DNA of 32,000 nt from Acaryochloris thomasi RCC1774 (GCF_003231495.1 NZ_PQWO01000012.1:120001-152000), one strand, 5' to 3'. Positions 8,002 through 16,920 are shown, counted from the stretch's first letter. Program-made: numbers and translations. The notes: generated from the letters alone by a model not told the origin.

Positions 8002-8715
8002 CTACTCGTACCAGCTATTCAGAAACGCGATGCGCTGCGTTTGACTCGGTAAGCGAGCAAAGTTGAGAGCCACGCTATAGAAATCATCCCTGAATCCGCG
8101 TTCATGGGGCGAGAGAACGGCTGACTGTGGAAAGGTGCGGTCTAGGGCAGCTTGCGCCTGACGATTGGGTGTCACAACGCTGCCTTCTGCATAGTACTGT
8201 CGCCGGGCTTGAATCTGACGGATGGCCTGCGTAAATTTTCCCTGAGTGATTCGGTCTGCGGCAAACAGCTCACTGTCAAAGGCTTGAACTTTTGCCGCTA
8301 AGTAGTCGGTGCGGGAGGGATTAGGCGTTGCTTTCTCCAGAAGGATCTGGGCAAGAGTTGTTTCATGTAAACACCCTAAACCTGTCCACACTTGAGTCAT
8401 GGGGACGGCCATCAGATAAAGACGCCCTTGGGCTGGGTCAAATTCAAATAAATTAGCGCGCCGCTGCTGGGCCATCTCGACTTCGGTGAGCGCCACGACG
8501 GCAAAGCGATCGCGCTCAGGCTGAAATGCACTGCCCTGTTGAGCATGGGCTTTATAAAACTGAGGAATAGCTTGGAGCTGAGCATGGCCAGCTGTAACGG
8601 CTTCCATTCCCCGCAGGCAGTTGGCTAAGGTGGCTTGGCGAATATCTTGGGCCTGACTGGGCACGCTCCAGGCAAGCATCGAGATCACCGTTAGCACAAT
8701 GGGGAAACGAGCCAT
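8002..8715 (-). CDS. Secreted hypothetical protein
   Basis: ATG at 8715 gives MARFPIVLTVISMLAWSVPSQAQ|D, a signal peptide. The TTG at 8733 in the ORF track is less likely. No motif recognised. Confidence 0.65.
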   Translation of the reverse strand: MARFPIVLTVISMLAWSVPSQAQDIRQATLANCLRGMEAVTAGHAQLQAIPQFYKAHAQQGSAFQPERDRFAVVALTEVEMAQQRRANLFEFDPAQGRLYLMAVPMTQVWTGLGCLHETTLAQILLEKATPNPSRTDYLAAKVQAFDSELFAADRITQGKFTQAIRQIQARRQYYAEGSVVTPNRQAQAALDRTFPQSAVLSPHERGFRDDFYSVALNFARLPSQTQRIAFLNSWYE

Positions 8716-8797
8716 GAATTGATGAGGGTGCAATTTACCTTCCCAGTATAGGCGCGCAGCCTCTCAGCACTGCACGTTTTAGAGATCGAGACTCTGC

Positions 8798-10006
8798 TTA
8801 GAGACCCGACTGCAGCCAGTCAAGATGTTGGGGCAGTAGTTTTGCCAGATCGTAACGCTCCTGAACAGTTTGACGGGCATTAAGGCGGATTCGAGCCATG
8901 CCGTCGGGGTGATCGAGCACTTCTAGGATGCGATCGCAAACTCCCTCTGGCGAGAAGAACGGCGTTAGCAGACCATTCTCACCATCCTTAATGACCTCTT
9001 TGACCGGCTCAGTATCGGATGCCACTAGCACACAGCCCGCCGACATTGCCTCCAGCATTGACCAAGACAGGACAAAGGGCCGGGTCAAATAGACGTGCAC
9101 CGAAGAAGCCTGCAGCACCTTCAGGTAAAGATCATAGGGCAACCGCCCCGTGAAATGAAGTCGTGATAAATCGAGTGGGAGCTTATCCAGCATCAACTGC
9201 TTATAGGTTTGACCATCAGGCAACTGCTTACCATAGGCCACCCGATCTTCGCCCACCACCACTACATGGGCCTGAGGCCGGCGTTGCAGCAGCCGCGCCA
9301 CCGCCTCCATAAACTGCGGAAAACCGCGATAGGGTTCCATACCACGCCCCACGTAGGTCACCAGTTCTTTAACTTGCGATAAATCTAAATTGCACTCTGG
9401 CAATACCAGTTTGGCTCCGGGCTGGGGTTTGAAATACTGAGTATCGACCCCATCATGCAAAACCTTGAGCTTAGAGTGAAGCTCTGCAGGGAACTGCTGG
9501 CGTTGCCAACCCGTGGGACACAGCCCCTGATCGCAGCTCGCCAGATCAAGCAAAATGGGCGCATTTTTAATCCGAATCCGGGCCTCATCATCAGCCTGTA
9601 GCGGATCGGCAGGGTCAAAATCAGCATCAGAGCCGTGGGCGCGATAGTACCACTCGAAAAAGCTGCAGAACTTTGCTTTTGGGAAAATATCCTTCACGAA
9701 TAACCCCGGTCCCCAGCCTGAATGGGCATAGACAACATCAGGGACAAAGCCGCGTTCTCGCAACTGCTGAGCCACCCGAAAAACAGCCTGCCCCTGCAGC
9801 ACAGCGCTCTCTAAACTGCGGACATAGTGATGGGTTTCAGGCCGCACTTCTCTTGAAGGCTTGTAGAGCACCTTCGTGACGCCGGTCATACTGCCCTCAG
9901 GACGGGCAGTGCCGAACACGACTTGATGCTGGGGATCTTGGGCTAGGACAGCTGCCAGATGCCGGAACTGAGCTGGGAAGTTGGGATGAAGGAAAAGAAT
10001 CCGCAT
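8798..10006 (-). CDS. Glycosyltransferase, GT4 (group 1) family
   Basis: 402 aa. The N-terminus MRILFLHPNFPAQFRHLA is typical of one GT4 subgroup. The C-terminal GT-B half has the ...SWSMLEAMSAGCVLVASDTEPVKEVIKDGENGLL motif (E-x7-E region). Confidence 0.85.
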   Translation of the reverse strand: MRILFLHPNFPAQFRHLAAVLAQDPQHQVVFGTARPEGSMTGVTKVLYKPSREVRPETHHYVRSLESAVLQGQAVFRVAQQLRERGFVPDVVYAHSGWGPGLFVKDIFPKAKFCSFFEWYYRAHGSDADFDPADPLQADDEARIRIKNAPILLDLASCDQGLCPTGWQRQQFPAELHSKLKVLHDGVDTQYFKPQPGAKLVLPECNLDLSQVKELVTYVGRGMEPYRGFPQFMEAVARLLQRRPQAHVVVVGEDRVAYGKQLPDGQTYKQLMLDKLPLDLSRLHFTGRLPYDLYLKVLQASSVHVYLTRPFVLSWSMLEAMSAGCVLVASDTEPVKEVIKDGENGLLTPFFSPEGVCDRILEVLDHPDGMARIRLNARQTVQERYDLAKLLPQHLDWLQSGL

Positions 10007-10190
10007 GATGATCGAATGCTGCAGTACGCCTCGCTATGATGCCCAGTTATCCGGCGCAACACATTGACGACTCGTGAAGTTATTGTTGAACGATGCGTTC
10101 CTAGTTTAGTCGATGGCCTAGATCTCGAAAGCAGAGGTGTCGGCGGAACCCTTGGCAGAGCACGGAATGATGTTAAATTGAAGGCCTCAA

Positions 10191-11312
10191 TTGGCAAGAG
10201 GCAAATTCGTGGCGCAGGTTGAACTCAAGCAAACTCCTCTATTTCAGCAACACCAAGATCTCAAGGCTCGAATGATGGGGTTTGGCGGCTGGGATATGCC
10301 CGTGCAGTACCAGGGCATTACAGCGGAGCATCAAAATGTTCGCCAGCAGGCCGGGATGTTCGATATTTCCCACATGGGCAAGTTTCTCCTCAAGGGCAAG
10401 AATCTACGGCAACAGCTTCAGTCCCTGGTTCCGTCTGACTTGGGTCAACTGCAGCCGGGGCAAGCAAAATACTCTGTCTTCCTCAATCCTGAGGGTGGAA
10501 TTATCGATGACTTGATTTTCTACTACGAAGACCAAGATGATGCGGGCCTCGAACTGGGAAAGCTGATTGTTAATGCTTCAACAACAGACAAAGACAAGGC
10601 TTGGCTCTTAGAGCATTGCTCTGAAAAGGACTTAGGTTTCAAAGATGTTTCGACTGAGCGGGTGTTAATTGCCGTTCAAGGTCCAAAAGCTGTCGAGATT
10701 CTGCAAAGCTTAACGCCAACAGACCTATCAGCCGTGGGCAATTATCGTCATCAAACCGGAACAATTCTAGACCAGCCGGCCTGGTTCGCTCGCACGGGCT
10801 ACACCGGCGAAGATGGCTTTGAGATTATGGTGAGTTCCGAAATGGGTGACCAGCTTTGGCAAACGCTTCTGACTCAGGGCATTGCGCCTTGCGGATTGGG
10901 CGCCCGCGACACCCTACGTCTAGAGGCGGCAATGGCACTCTACGGCCAAGATATTAATGACACCACCACGCCTCTGGAAGCGGGCCTGAAATGGCTGCTC
11001 AATTTTGAAGGCGATTTTATTGGCCGTTCGGCGCTGGAGCAGCAGAAGGAATCCGGCGTCTCTAAACGACTTGTGGGCCTACAAATGGAGGGGCGTAATA
11101 TTGCCCGTCATGACTATCCGGTGTGTGTGGATGGTCAGGTGGTGGGTACAGTAACAAGTGGTTCATTCTCGCCGACTTTGGGAGTTGCGATCGCACTTGC
11201 CTATCTCCCTCCTAACCTTACCAAGGTAGGTCAGTCCGTTACCGTAGAGATTCGGGGCAAACAATGCCCAGCAACCGTCGTCAAGCGCCCTTTCTATCGG
11301 CGCTCCAAATAG
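10191..11312 (+). CDS. gcvT: Glycine cleavage system T protein (aminomethyltransferase)
   Basis: LKQTPLFQQHQDLKARMMGFGGWDMPVQY, FDISHMGKF, TGYTGEDGFEI and LGARDTLRLEA are hallmark GcvT blocks. The start is TTG at 10191 or GTG at 10209. Confidence 0.93.
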   Translation: MARGKFVAQVELKQTPLFQQHQDLKARMMGFGGWDMPVQYQGITAEHQNVRQQAGMFDISHMGKFLLKGKNLRQQLQSLVPSDLGQLQPGQAKYSVFLNPEGGIIDDLIFYYEDQDDAGLELGKLIVNASTTDKDKAWLLEHCSEKDLGFKDVSTERVLIAVQGPKAVEILQSLTPTDLSAVGNYRHQTGTILDQPAWFARTGYTGEDGFEIMVSSEMGDQLWQTLLTQGIAPCGLGARDTLRLEAAMALYGQDINDTTTPLEAGLKWLLNFEGDFIGRSALEQQKESGVSKRLVGLQMEGRNIARHDYPVCVDGQVVGTVTSGSFSPTLGVAIALAYLPPNLTKVGQSVTVEIRGKQCPATVVKRPFYRRSK

Positions 11313-11401
11313 ACCTCAAACAGTCCAAATTCGGGCACAATAATCTCTAGACTCACTGATACAACAACCCACCTAGATAATCCCTTGATTGGAGCAACCC
11401 C

Positions 11402-11791
11402 ATGAGCTTTGAATATCCAGAGACTCTTAAGTATTTCGACTCTCATGAATATGTGCATCTTGAGGGCGACACCGCCACCATCGGCATCACCGCCTATGCC
11501 GTCGATCAACTCGGGGATATTGTCTTCGTTGAACTGCCCGAAGTCGACGAACAACTGACCAAAGGCGAGACCTGTGGCAACATTGAATCGGTCAAAGCTG
11601 TTGAAGATCTCTATGCCCCGATCACGGGCAAAGTTGTGGAATGCAATGCAGCAGTGATCGAAACCCCCGAGATGCTAGCGGAAGATCCCTACCAAGCAGG
11701 CTGGCTCATGAAAATTCAAGTGAGTGACCCCACCGAGCTAAAAGATTCTCTGTCTGTCGGCGACTATCGAACTCTGGTTGAAGGAAGCTAG
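11402..11791 (+). CDS. gcvH: Glycine cleavage system H protein (lipoyl carrier)
   Basis: 129 aa. Lipoyl-lysine motif [13 protein letters not shown], and [12 protein letters not shown] near the C-terminus. Confidence 0.93.
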   Translation: MSFEYPETLKYFDSHEYVHLEGDTATIGITAYAVDQLGDIVFVELPEVDEQLTKGETCGNIESVKAVEDLYAPITGKVVECNAAVIETPEMLAEDPYQAGWLMKIQVSDPTELKDSLSVGDYRTLVEGS

Positions 11792-11925
11792 CTTCTACGG
11801 CTAGACAGTTGGCTTTCAATCAACCTAATTCAGACGAAACTTTGCACTTCTTTACACAAGCAATCGTTACCTACTCGACGTAGCAGGCTCTGTGCTGATT
11901 TGTCGTCATGAAAATTTAAATAAAT

Positions 11926-11954
11926 TTGAGTTTTCAGTGTCAAATCGCTATAAT
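11926..11954 (+). promoter_or_regulatory. Sigma-70-type promoter candidate
   Basis: -35 TTGAGT (11926-11931), 17-nt spacer, consensus -10 TATAAT (11949-11954). Confidence 0.5.
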
Positions 11955-12021
11955 CGGGGTCGGTTTTGTAACAAGAACTACAGTAGATTGATCGCTGAGT
12001 AGTCGCAAGGGAGGTCTGGCT

Positions 12022-12348
12022 TTGGCAAGAAGACGGAAGCGTAAGAGTCGTCGTCGTCAGGAAGGGCGAAGAATTTTAGAATGTATACCCCAGTTCAGTA
12101 TTGAAAGCGGTGAAGACAAGCCCGTAACTGCAGCTCGGAAGTATATTCAGACAGCGGGTATTGTTCCCCCAGCTTTGCTATTAGTAAAGCGAAACGAGCA
12201 TACAACAGATCGCTATTTTTGGGCTGAGAAAGGTTTATTCGGTGCTCAGTACGTTGAAGAGAACCACTTTCTCTTTCCGAGTTTGCGCTTAGAGGCTGAA
12301 GAAACGGTTGACGCTCCAGAGGCGGCTGTCGCTGTTGCTGCCGGATAA
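12022..12348 (+). CDS. Small conserved-looking hypothetical protein with a highly basic N-terminus
   Basis: TTG start 7 nt after GGGAGG (12009-12014). The N-terminus is ARRRKRKSRRRQEGRR. A promoter candidate lies upstream and a strong terminator downstream, so it forms a self-contained unit. Confidence 0.65.
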   Translation: MARRRKRKSRRRQEGRRILECIPQFSIESGEDKPVTAARKYIQTAGIVPPALLLVKRNEHTTDRYFWAEKGLFGAQYVEENHFLFPSLRLEAEETVDAPEAAVAVAAG

Positions 12349-12375
12349 GTTTAGTTCCGTAAATGTAATCTGTAG

Positions 12376-12402
12376 TGGAGGCTTTCATAGCCTCCATTTT
12401 TT
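12376..12402 (+). terminator. Rho-independent terminator
   Basis: tggaggct (12376-12383), loop ttcat, agcctcca (12389-12396), then tttttt (12397-12402). Confidence 0.8.
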
Positions 12403-12424
12403 GTGCTGAGCGGAGAGCGTTTTC

Positions 12425-13246
12425 GTGCCTGAAGGTCCAGAAATTAGACGAGCAGCGGATCGAATCGCAGCGGCAGTCGTTCAGCAGCCTTTGCAAGAGG
12501 TCTGGTTTGCTTTTGCACATCTGCAGTCCTACGGTGCTGCTTTAAGCGAGAGCCGGGTGACCGCGGTGCAAACCCACGGCAAAGCAATGCTGACGCGCTT
12601 CAGCAATGGCCTCAGTATCTATAGCCATAATCAGCTCTACGGCAAGTGGATGGTGCGTAAGGCTTACAGCTATCCTCAAACAAATCGGCAGCTGCGGCTA
12701 GCGATACATTGCGATCGCAAATCAGCCTTACTCTACAGCGCCTCAGATATTGAGATTCTAGATGACGACACCATCCTTGCTCATCCCTTTTTGAGTCGCA
12801 TTGGTCCCGACGTACTGAGCGATCAACTCAGCATTGAAGATGTAGAGCAGCGGTTTCAAGACCCGACATTCCACCGCCGCCGGTTAACAACTCTATTATT
12901 GGATCAACACTTCTTTGCGGGGTTAGGCAACTATCTCCGCAGTGAAATCTTGTTTGTCGCTCGGGTTCACCCACAACTGCGCCCTATAGACTGTACCTCT
13001 AGCCAAATCCACAACCTATCTGCAGCCGTCCTTTCCGTCACCCAGCAGTCCTACCAAACCGGTGGCATTACCAACAACATTAAACAGGCCGAACAGCTCA
13101 AGGCCAGCGGCATGGCGCGTCGTCACTATCGTCACTGGGTCTTTAGTCGCGCCCGTCAACCCTGCTTTATCTGTCAAACCCCGGTCATCAAAGAACTTTC
13201 CAGCGGGCGTCGCTACTATTACTGCCCCCAATGCCAGCAGAAGTAG
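12425..13246 (+). CDS. nei: Endonuclease VIII (Fpg/Nei family DNA glycosylase/AP lyase)
   Basis: GTG start gives (M)PEGPEIRRAAD with the catalytic Pro2. It aligns by eye along its length with E. coli Nei (FSNGLSIYSHNQLYG, LLYSASDIE, HPFLSRIGPDVL, LLLDQHFFAGLGNYLRSEILF). C-terminal zinc finger CFICQ...YYCPQCQ. Confidence 0.9.
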   Translation: MPEGPEIRRAADRIAAAVVQQPLQEVWFAFAHLQSYGAALSESRVTAVQTHGKAMLTRFSNGLSIYSHNQLYGKWMVRKAYSYPQTNRQLRLAIHCDRKSALLYSASDIEILDDDTILAHPFLSRIGPDVLSDQLSIEDVEQRFQDPTFHRRRLTTLLLDQHFFAGLGNYLRSEILFVARVHPQLRPIDCTSSQIHNLSAAVLSVTQQSYQTGGITNNIKQAEQLKASGMARRHYRHWVFSRARQPCFICQTPVIKELSSGRRYYYCPQCQQK

Positions 13247-13400
13247 TGGCTTACTCAAAAATTTTCAACCCACTATCTACCCGCCCCGATGGGGACAACA
13301 GCTTTCAAGCAGGGCGTCAGCCTCCTGTCTAGGTCAAGGACAGCTTATGATAGTTCAGGCTCCACACCATTGAGCCGTCGATCAAGAGGTCTCGCTAGCG

Positions 13401-14051
13401 ATGTCCATGCAGCTCCGTGTCTACGTTCCGCCTCACCCGCTCGTCAAGCATTGGCTCGCCATGGCGCGGGACAAAAATACCCCTGGCATCCTCTTCCGAA
13501 CCGCCATGACAGAGCTGGGGCGCTGGCTGACCTATGAAGCCATGCGAGACTGGCTGCCCGTCATCGAAACATCAGTTGAGACACCTCTCGGCCCCGCAGC
13601 CGCCACCATCATCAACCCAGAGACGCCCATCGCTGTTGTCCCCATTCTGCGGGCAGGGCTGACGCTACTAGATGGGGCGCAACAGGTTTTGCCCCGCGCA
13701 GCTACCTACCACTACGGTCTAGCGCGGAATGAAGAAACACTGCAGCCTTACTGTTATCTCAACAAGCTGCCCGCCACTTTCGCCCCAGAGACCCGAATTT
13801 TAATTAGCGAACCCATGCTAGCCACAGGGGGGGCGATCATGGCTACGATGCAGGAACTAACCCAGCGCCAAGCGAACCCAGAACTTGTTCGCATTATTTC
13901 TGTTGTTGCAGCCCCTCCCGCGCTTCAGCAGTTGGGGCAGACCTACCCCGGCCTCCAGATCTACACCGCCACCATCGACGAAGCCCTCAACGACCAAGGC
14001 TTCATTGTGCCGGGGTTAGGAGATGCAGGCGATCGCGCCTTCGAGACCTAA
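13401..14051 (+). CDS. upp: Uracil phosphoribosyltransferase
   Basis: HPLVKHWLAMARDKNT, VPILRAGL, the PRPP-binding ILISEPMLATGG, and the C-terminal GLGDAGDRAF. Confidence 0.92.
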   Translation: MSMQLRVYVPPHPLVKHWLAMARDKNTPGILFRTAMTELGRWLTYEAMRDWLPVIETSVETPLGPAAATIINPETPIAVVPILRAGLTLLDGAQQVLPRAATYHYGLARNEETLQPYCYLNKLPATFAPETRILISEPMLATGGAIMATMQELTQRQANPELVRIISVVAAPPALQQLGQTYPGLQIYTATIDEALNDQGFIVPGLGDAGDRAFET

Positions 14052-14134
14052 AGGAGGCTAAAGAAATACAGTAGCCTCAGCCGAAAGCTGAGGTTAATCG
14101 CTAAGCTAGGAACAGGCCGTTAAAGGATAAGCCG

Positions 14135-14443
14135 ATGAGCAGTGACAACGATCGATTCGGGGGCGGTTTCCTCGCCGGGAGCATTTTCGGAGGCATCACC
14201 GGAGGGCTGCTAGGTGCCTGGATTGCCACCAAATTGAGCAATCGCCTCACGTCTGAACCGCAAACGGATGAAAGCGATGATCCAAGCACCCCCCAATTCA
14301 GACCTCCCGTCTTCATGGGCGGTAGCGATTTAGAAATGGAAGACGCCCGTCAGAGCCTTGAAGACAAAATCTCTCAACTTAACTCAGCTATTGATCAAGC
14401 CCGTGAACAACTGAGTGAAGTGAACGGCAATGCTTCAGATTAA
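14135..14443 (+). CDS. YtxH-domain small membrane-associated protein
   Basis: Gly-rich hydrophobic N-terminus GGGFLAGSIFGGITGGLLGAWIATKL, followed by an acidic coiled-coil tail. Confidence 0.75.
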   Translation: MSSDNDRFGGGFLAGSIFGGITGGLLGAWIATKLSNRLTSEPQTDESDDPSTPQFRPPVFMGGSDLEMEDARQSLEDKISQLNSAIDQAREQLSEVNGNASD

Positions 14444-14564
14444 TTGTTAGCTGAGTGCGTCTATTGCCCAAACCTTCTTATTCTTTTTAGAAGCGTAGGC
14501 ATCCCAGGCAATGACATCAGCTAAACTTTAGATACTGCTCGTCATTCGAAACAAACAGCCAACC

Positions 14565-14837
14565 ATGGACCCTATTACTCTAATCATTACGTCTTTAGCG
14601 ACCTTCGTGCAGATATATCTATATCTGCTGATCGCTCGCGTGTTATTGAGCTGGTTCCCAAATATTAATTGGATGAACCCACCTTTCTCAATTCTTAGCC
14701 AGCTCACCGATCCATATCTGAATATTTTTCGATCAATTATCCCTCCCCTCGGCGGCATTGATCTATCGCCAATCCTAGGATTTTTGCTGCTTCAGGTTCT
14801 TCAAGGTGCCTTAGTTAGAATCCCTTATATGATTTAG
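14565..14837 (+). CDS. yggT: YggT family membrane protein (Ycf19 homologue)
   Basis: LLIARVLLSWFP...LTDPYLNIFRSIIPPLGGIDLSPILGFLLL matches the YggT/Ycf19 signature. Confidence 0.88.
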   Translation: MDPITLIITSLATFVQIYLYLLIARVLLSWFPNINWMNPPFSILSQLTDPYLNIFRSIIPPLGGIDLSPILGFLLLQVLQGALVRIPYMI

Positions 14838-14898
14838 TGACCGGCTAACAGAAAAATGCATCTTGAGCATTCGCTTTTCTTCTGCACTCTGAGAAGCA

Positions 14899-15351
14899 CT
14901 AACGAACTTTCGCGGCGAACCCGCTTGCTTTGAACTGCTCAAGCTGTAATGGGGGCTTAAGACCCTCAGGAACGCTAATTCTAAGTTCAAAGGTTCCCAC
15001 CCCCGGGTCTACCTCATTGATAGAGCCTAGGCGAGTGCGGTTCTCCATGACCGGGTTGTTATTCGTGTCATAGATCCGGCCAAAAACATCAGCATCTACT
15101 ACAGGGCTGTTAGAGGGGTTCTTTGTCGTCCCAGTAATCAGGAAGCAGTTGGCAAGTCTTAACGTCGGCCCTCCGCTGGTAACGGTCCCTTCACCCACTT
15201 TGTCTGGGCACAGATCGGCAGACAGATCCGTCAGCTTGATTTGGGTCACGGCTTGGGCATCAGGACTGGTAAAACCACTCACACATAACAGGAAGAGGGC
15301 CAGCATCGAGCTGAGTAGGGAACGCCAAAGTAGAGTGATGTTTAATCGCAT
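14899..15351 (-). CDS. Exported hypothetical protein (periplasmic or lumenal)
   Basis: 150 aa with ATG at 15351. Signal peptide MLALFLLCVSGFTSPDAQA|V. No motif recognised. Confidence 0.7.
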   Translation of the reverse strand: MRLNITLLWRSLLSSMLALFLLCVSGFTSPDAQAVTQIKLTDLSADLCPDKVGEGTVTSGGPTLRLANCFLITGTTKNPSNSPVVDADVFGRIYDTNNNPVMENRTRLGSINEVDPGVGTFELRISVPEGLKPPLQLEQFKASGFAAKVR

Positions 15352-15450
15352 AGGTGTTCGTCAAATAACATTCTCAACAATCGCACATTATCTTTGTGCT
15401 TTTGAATCCTGTGTAACCTCAGTTAACGCTCTCTTGAGGAATCGGGAGAC

Positions 15451-15490
15451 AATAAAAAAACAAAAAGAGGTGGAGAATAATTGCCACCTC
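15451..15490 (-). terminator. Rho-independent terminator (minus strand) for the DPCGA-repeat gene
   Basis: Minus-strand RNA: GAGGUGG, loop CAAUUAUUCU, CCACCUC, then UUUUUGUUUUUUUAUU. It lies 85 nt downstream of the stop at 15575. Confidence 0.8.
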
Positions 15491-15574
15491 AAGTATTCTA
15501 TCGCTATCTGCTAGCTCTAAAGAGCAGAGCCAGTCAAACTATCAGAGTTGCGGTTTGACTGGTTAATGTTTTGA

Positions 15575-15781
15575 CTAAGGAGCCGAAGCACCGCAGGGAT
15601 CTTCTTTCGCGCCACAAGGATCTGCAGCGGCACCACAGGGATCTGCAGCAGCACCACAAGGATCTGCAGCACCATCAGTCTCCGCAGGTGCATCAGTAGC
15701 AGGCTCAGAGCAGCTCGTAACCAATGCTCCTGAACCCATTAGAGAAACAGCGGCAACCATTGCCATGTAATTAACTTTCAT
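15575..15781 (-). CDS. Small putative lipoprotein with four DPCGA cysteine repeats (68 aa precursor)
   Basis: ATG at 15781, 7 nt after GGAGAG. Signal peptide ends in a lipobox-like VTS|C. The mature part is CSEPATDAPAETDGA-ADPCGA-AADPCGA-AADPCGA-KEDPCGA-SAP. A dedicated terminator lies downstream. Confidence 0.7.
   Translation of the reverse strand: MKVNYMAMVAAVSLMGSGALVTSCSEPATDAPAETDGAADPCGAAADPCGAAADPCGAKEDPCGASAP
15588..15671. repeat. 21-bp tandem repeat, 4 units, coding for the DPCGA(A/K)(A/E) heptads
   Basis: Units at 15588-15608 (degenerate), 15609-15629, 15630-15650 and 15651-15671. Consensus gcaccacaRggatctgcagcR. Confidence 0.9.
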
Positions 15782-16311
15782 AATTCTCTCCGTTGATTAA
15801 AGAATCAAATGAACCAAACACACCGAAGTTGCGGCTTTATCCTGGCAATCATAGCAATGAGTTACCGAGTTTGGCGAGAATCATGGTCACCGCCAAGATC
15901 TTTGTAGGGGCGAACTCAGCACTGGAAACAGTTCAAGTCTAGTAATATCGGCGATCTGCAACATCACCTTCTTTTATATAAGTTGTGGAGTAAATAGACA
16001 CCTTATTTCTCTTCTTTAGTTTTTTCAGGGACTGGGATACTTTGAGGTAATTCATACAAAGTGTGCTGCTCTCAGTTAAAACTTATCTGATCGTCAGGAC
16101 AAAATCATCCTTGCCCTTTTAGATGGGGGATGGAAGATTAATGATAATTACTCCAAGTGCTGGAAGCCCAATATTTACTTTTAGGCTGAGGGTATTGGAA
16201 CAATGCAGAGGTTATGAGGGCAAACAAGAACCTTTTGCCGCGACGACAGAAGCAGATCTTCTGTCTCGCAAACAGAAACGGTCTAGTTATTGCAAATAGT
16301 GGTATATCAGC

Positions 16312-16920
16312 GTGGTTAATCAAGATTGGCTAGCAACAGAAGACGGAAAGTGGCAAGTCTGCCACAGCGCAGTTCCCGGTGAAGGCCTACATCAGTATCG
16401 CCTGTATCGCTTTCTTACCAATGTAGAAGACATCATCGAGCACCACTCCCAAGAGCAGGTTCGTTTAGAAAAGATGCGCCCCTTGGTACGCCAATTACTA
16501 ACTGAATCCACATGGCTACAGTTCGCCGCTCAGCCGCCCGACCCGAAGGTGGGATGGTCGGTGAACTTTCTCTATGAAGAGCCTCAATTCCCGCTCACGA
16601 TTCAAATGGTGGCATGGTTACCGGGTCAAAAGTCTCCCATCCATAACCATGCGACTTGGGGTGTTGTTGCGCTCCTTAGTGGTCAAGAAAAAAATCGATT
16701 TTGGCGGCGGGCCGCAGACGAAAGCCATCCCGATCGAATTGAGCAGACGGGAGAACTGATTTTGAATCCAGGGGACATTATTAGCTTTATGCCAGATGCT
16801 ATCCATGCTGTCGAGGCATTGGGAGACGAACCCACCGTTAGTTTCAATATTTATGGAGCACCCAATTACCAAGACCGCTGGAGATTTGATCCGCAAGCCC
16901 ATACGGCTCAGCAATTTTGA
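16312..16920 (+). CDS. Cupin-fold protein of the cysteine-dioxygenase (3-His thiol dioxygenase) type
   Basis: SPIHNHATWGVVALLSGQE ... PGDIISFMPDAIHAVEA gives an H-x-H ... H metal triad in a cupin spacing. The GTG start at 16312 is uncertain. Confidence 0.7.
   Translation: MVNQDWLATEDGKWQVCHSAVPGEGLHQYRLYRFLTNVEDIIEHHSQEQVRLEKMRPLVRQLLTESTWLQFAAQPPDPKVGWSVNFLYEEPQFPLTIQMVAWLPGQKSPIHNHATWGVVALLSGQEKNRFWRRAADESHPDRIEQTGELILNPGDIISFMPDAIHAVEALGDEPTVSFNIYGAPNYQDRWRFDPQAHTAQQF

Noticed and set aside
10007-10190. Possible glycine riboswitch upstream of gcvT
   Set aside because: I looked for the tandem glycine-aptamer core (GGAGAG...CACCG...ACCGAAGGGGCAA-like blocks) and did not see it. An Infernal scan with the Rfam glycine model would settle the question.
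12095-12520. 141-aa minus-strand ORF
   Set aside because: It is antisense to the 12022-12348 gene, which has an SD and a plus-strand terminator. It would also read through that terminator and the nei start. No motif is present.
13016-13537. ORFs at 13016-13258 (-), 13062-13373 (+) and 13289-13537 (+)
   Set aside because: They overlap the well-supported nei and upp genes or bridge the gap between them, and they have no motifs.
15588-15671. Regular 21-bp repeats as a possible mini-CRISPR array
   Set aside because: The units are contiguous with no spacers. They are in frame and encode the DPCGA heptads of a well-supported small gene.
16138-16323. 61-aa minus-strand ORF in the long intergenic region
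   Set aside because: It has no SD, an odd composition, and overlaps the cupin start. I treat it as non-coding.
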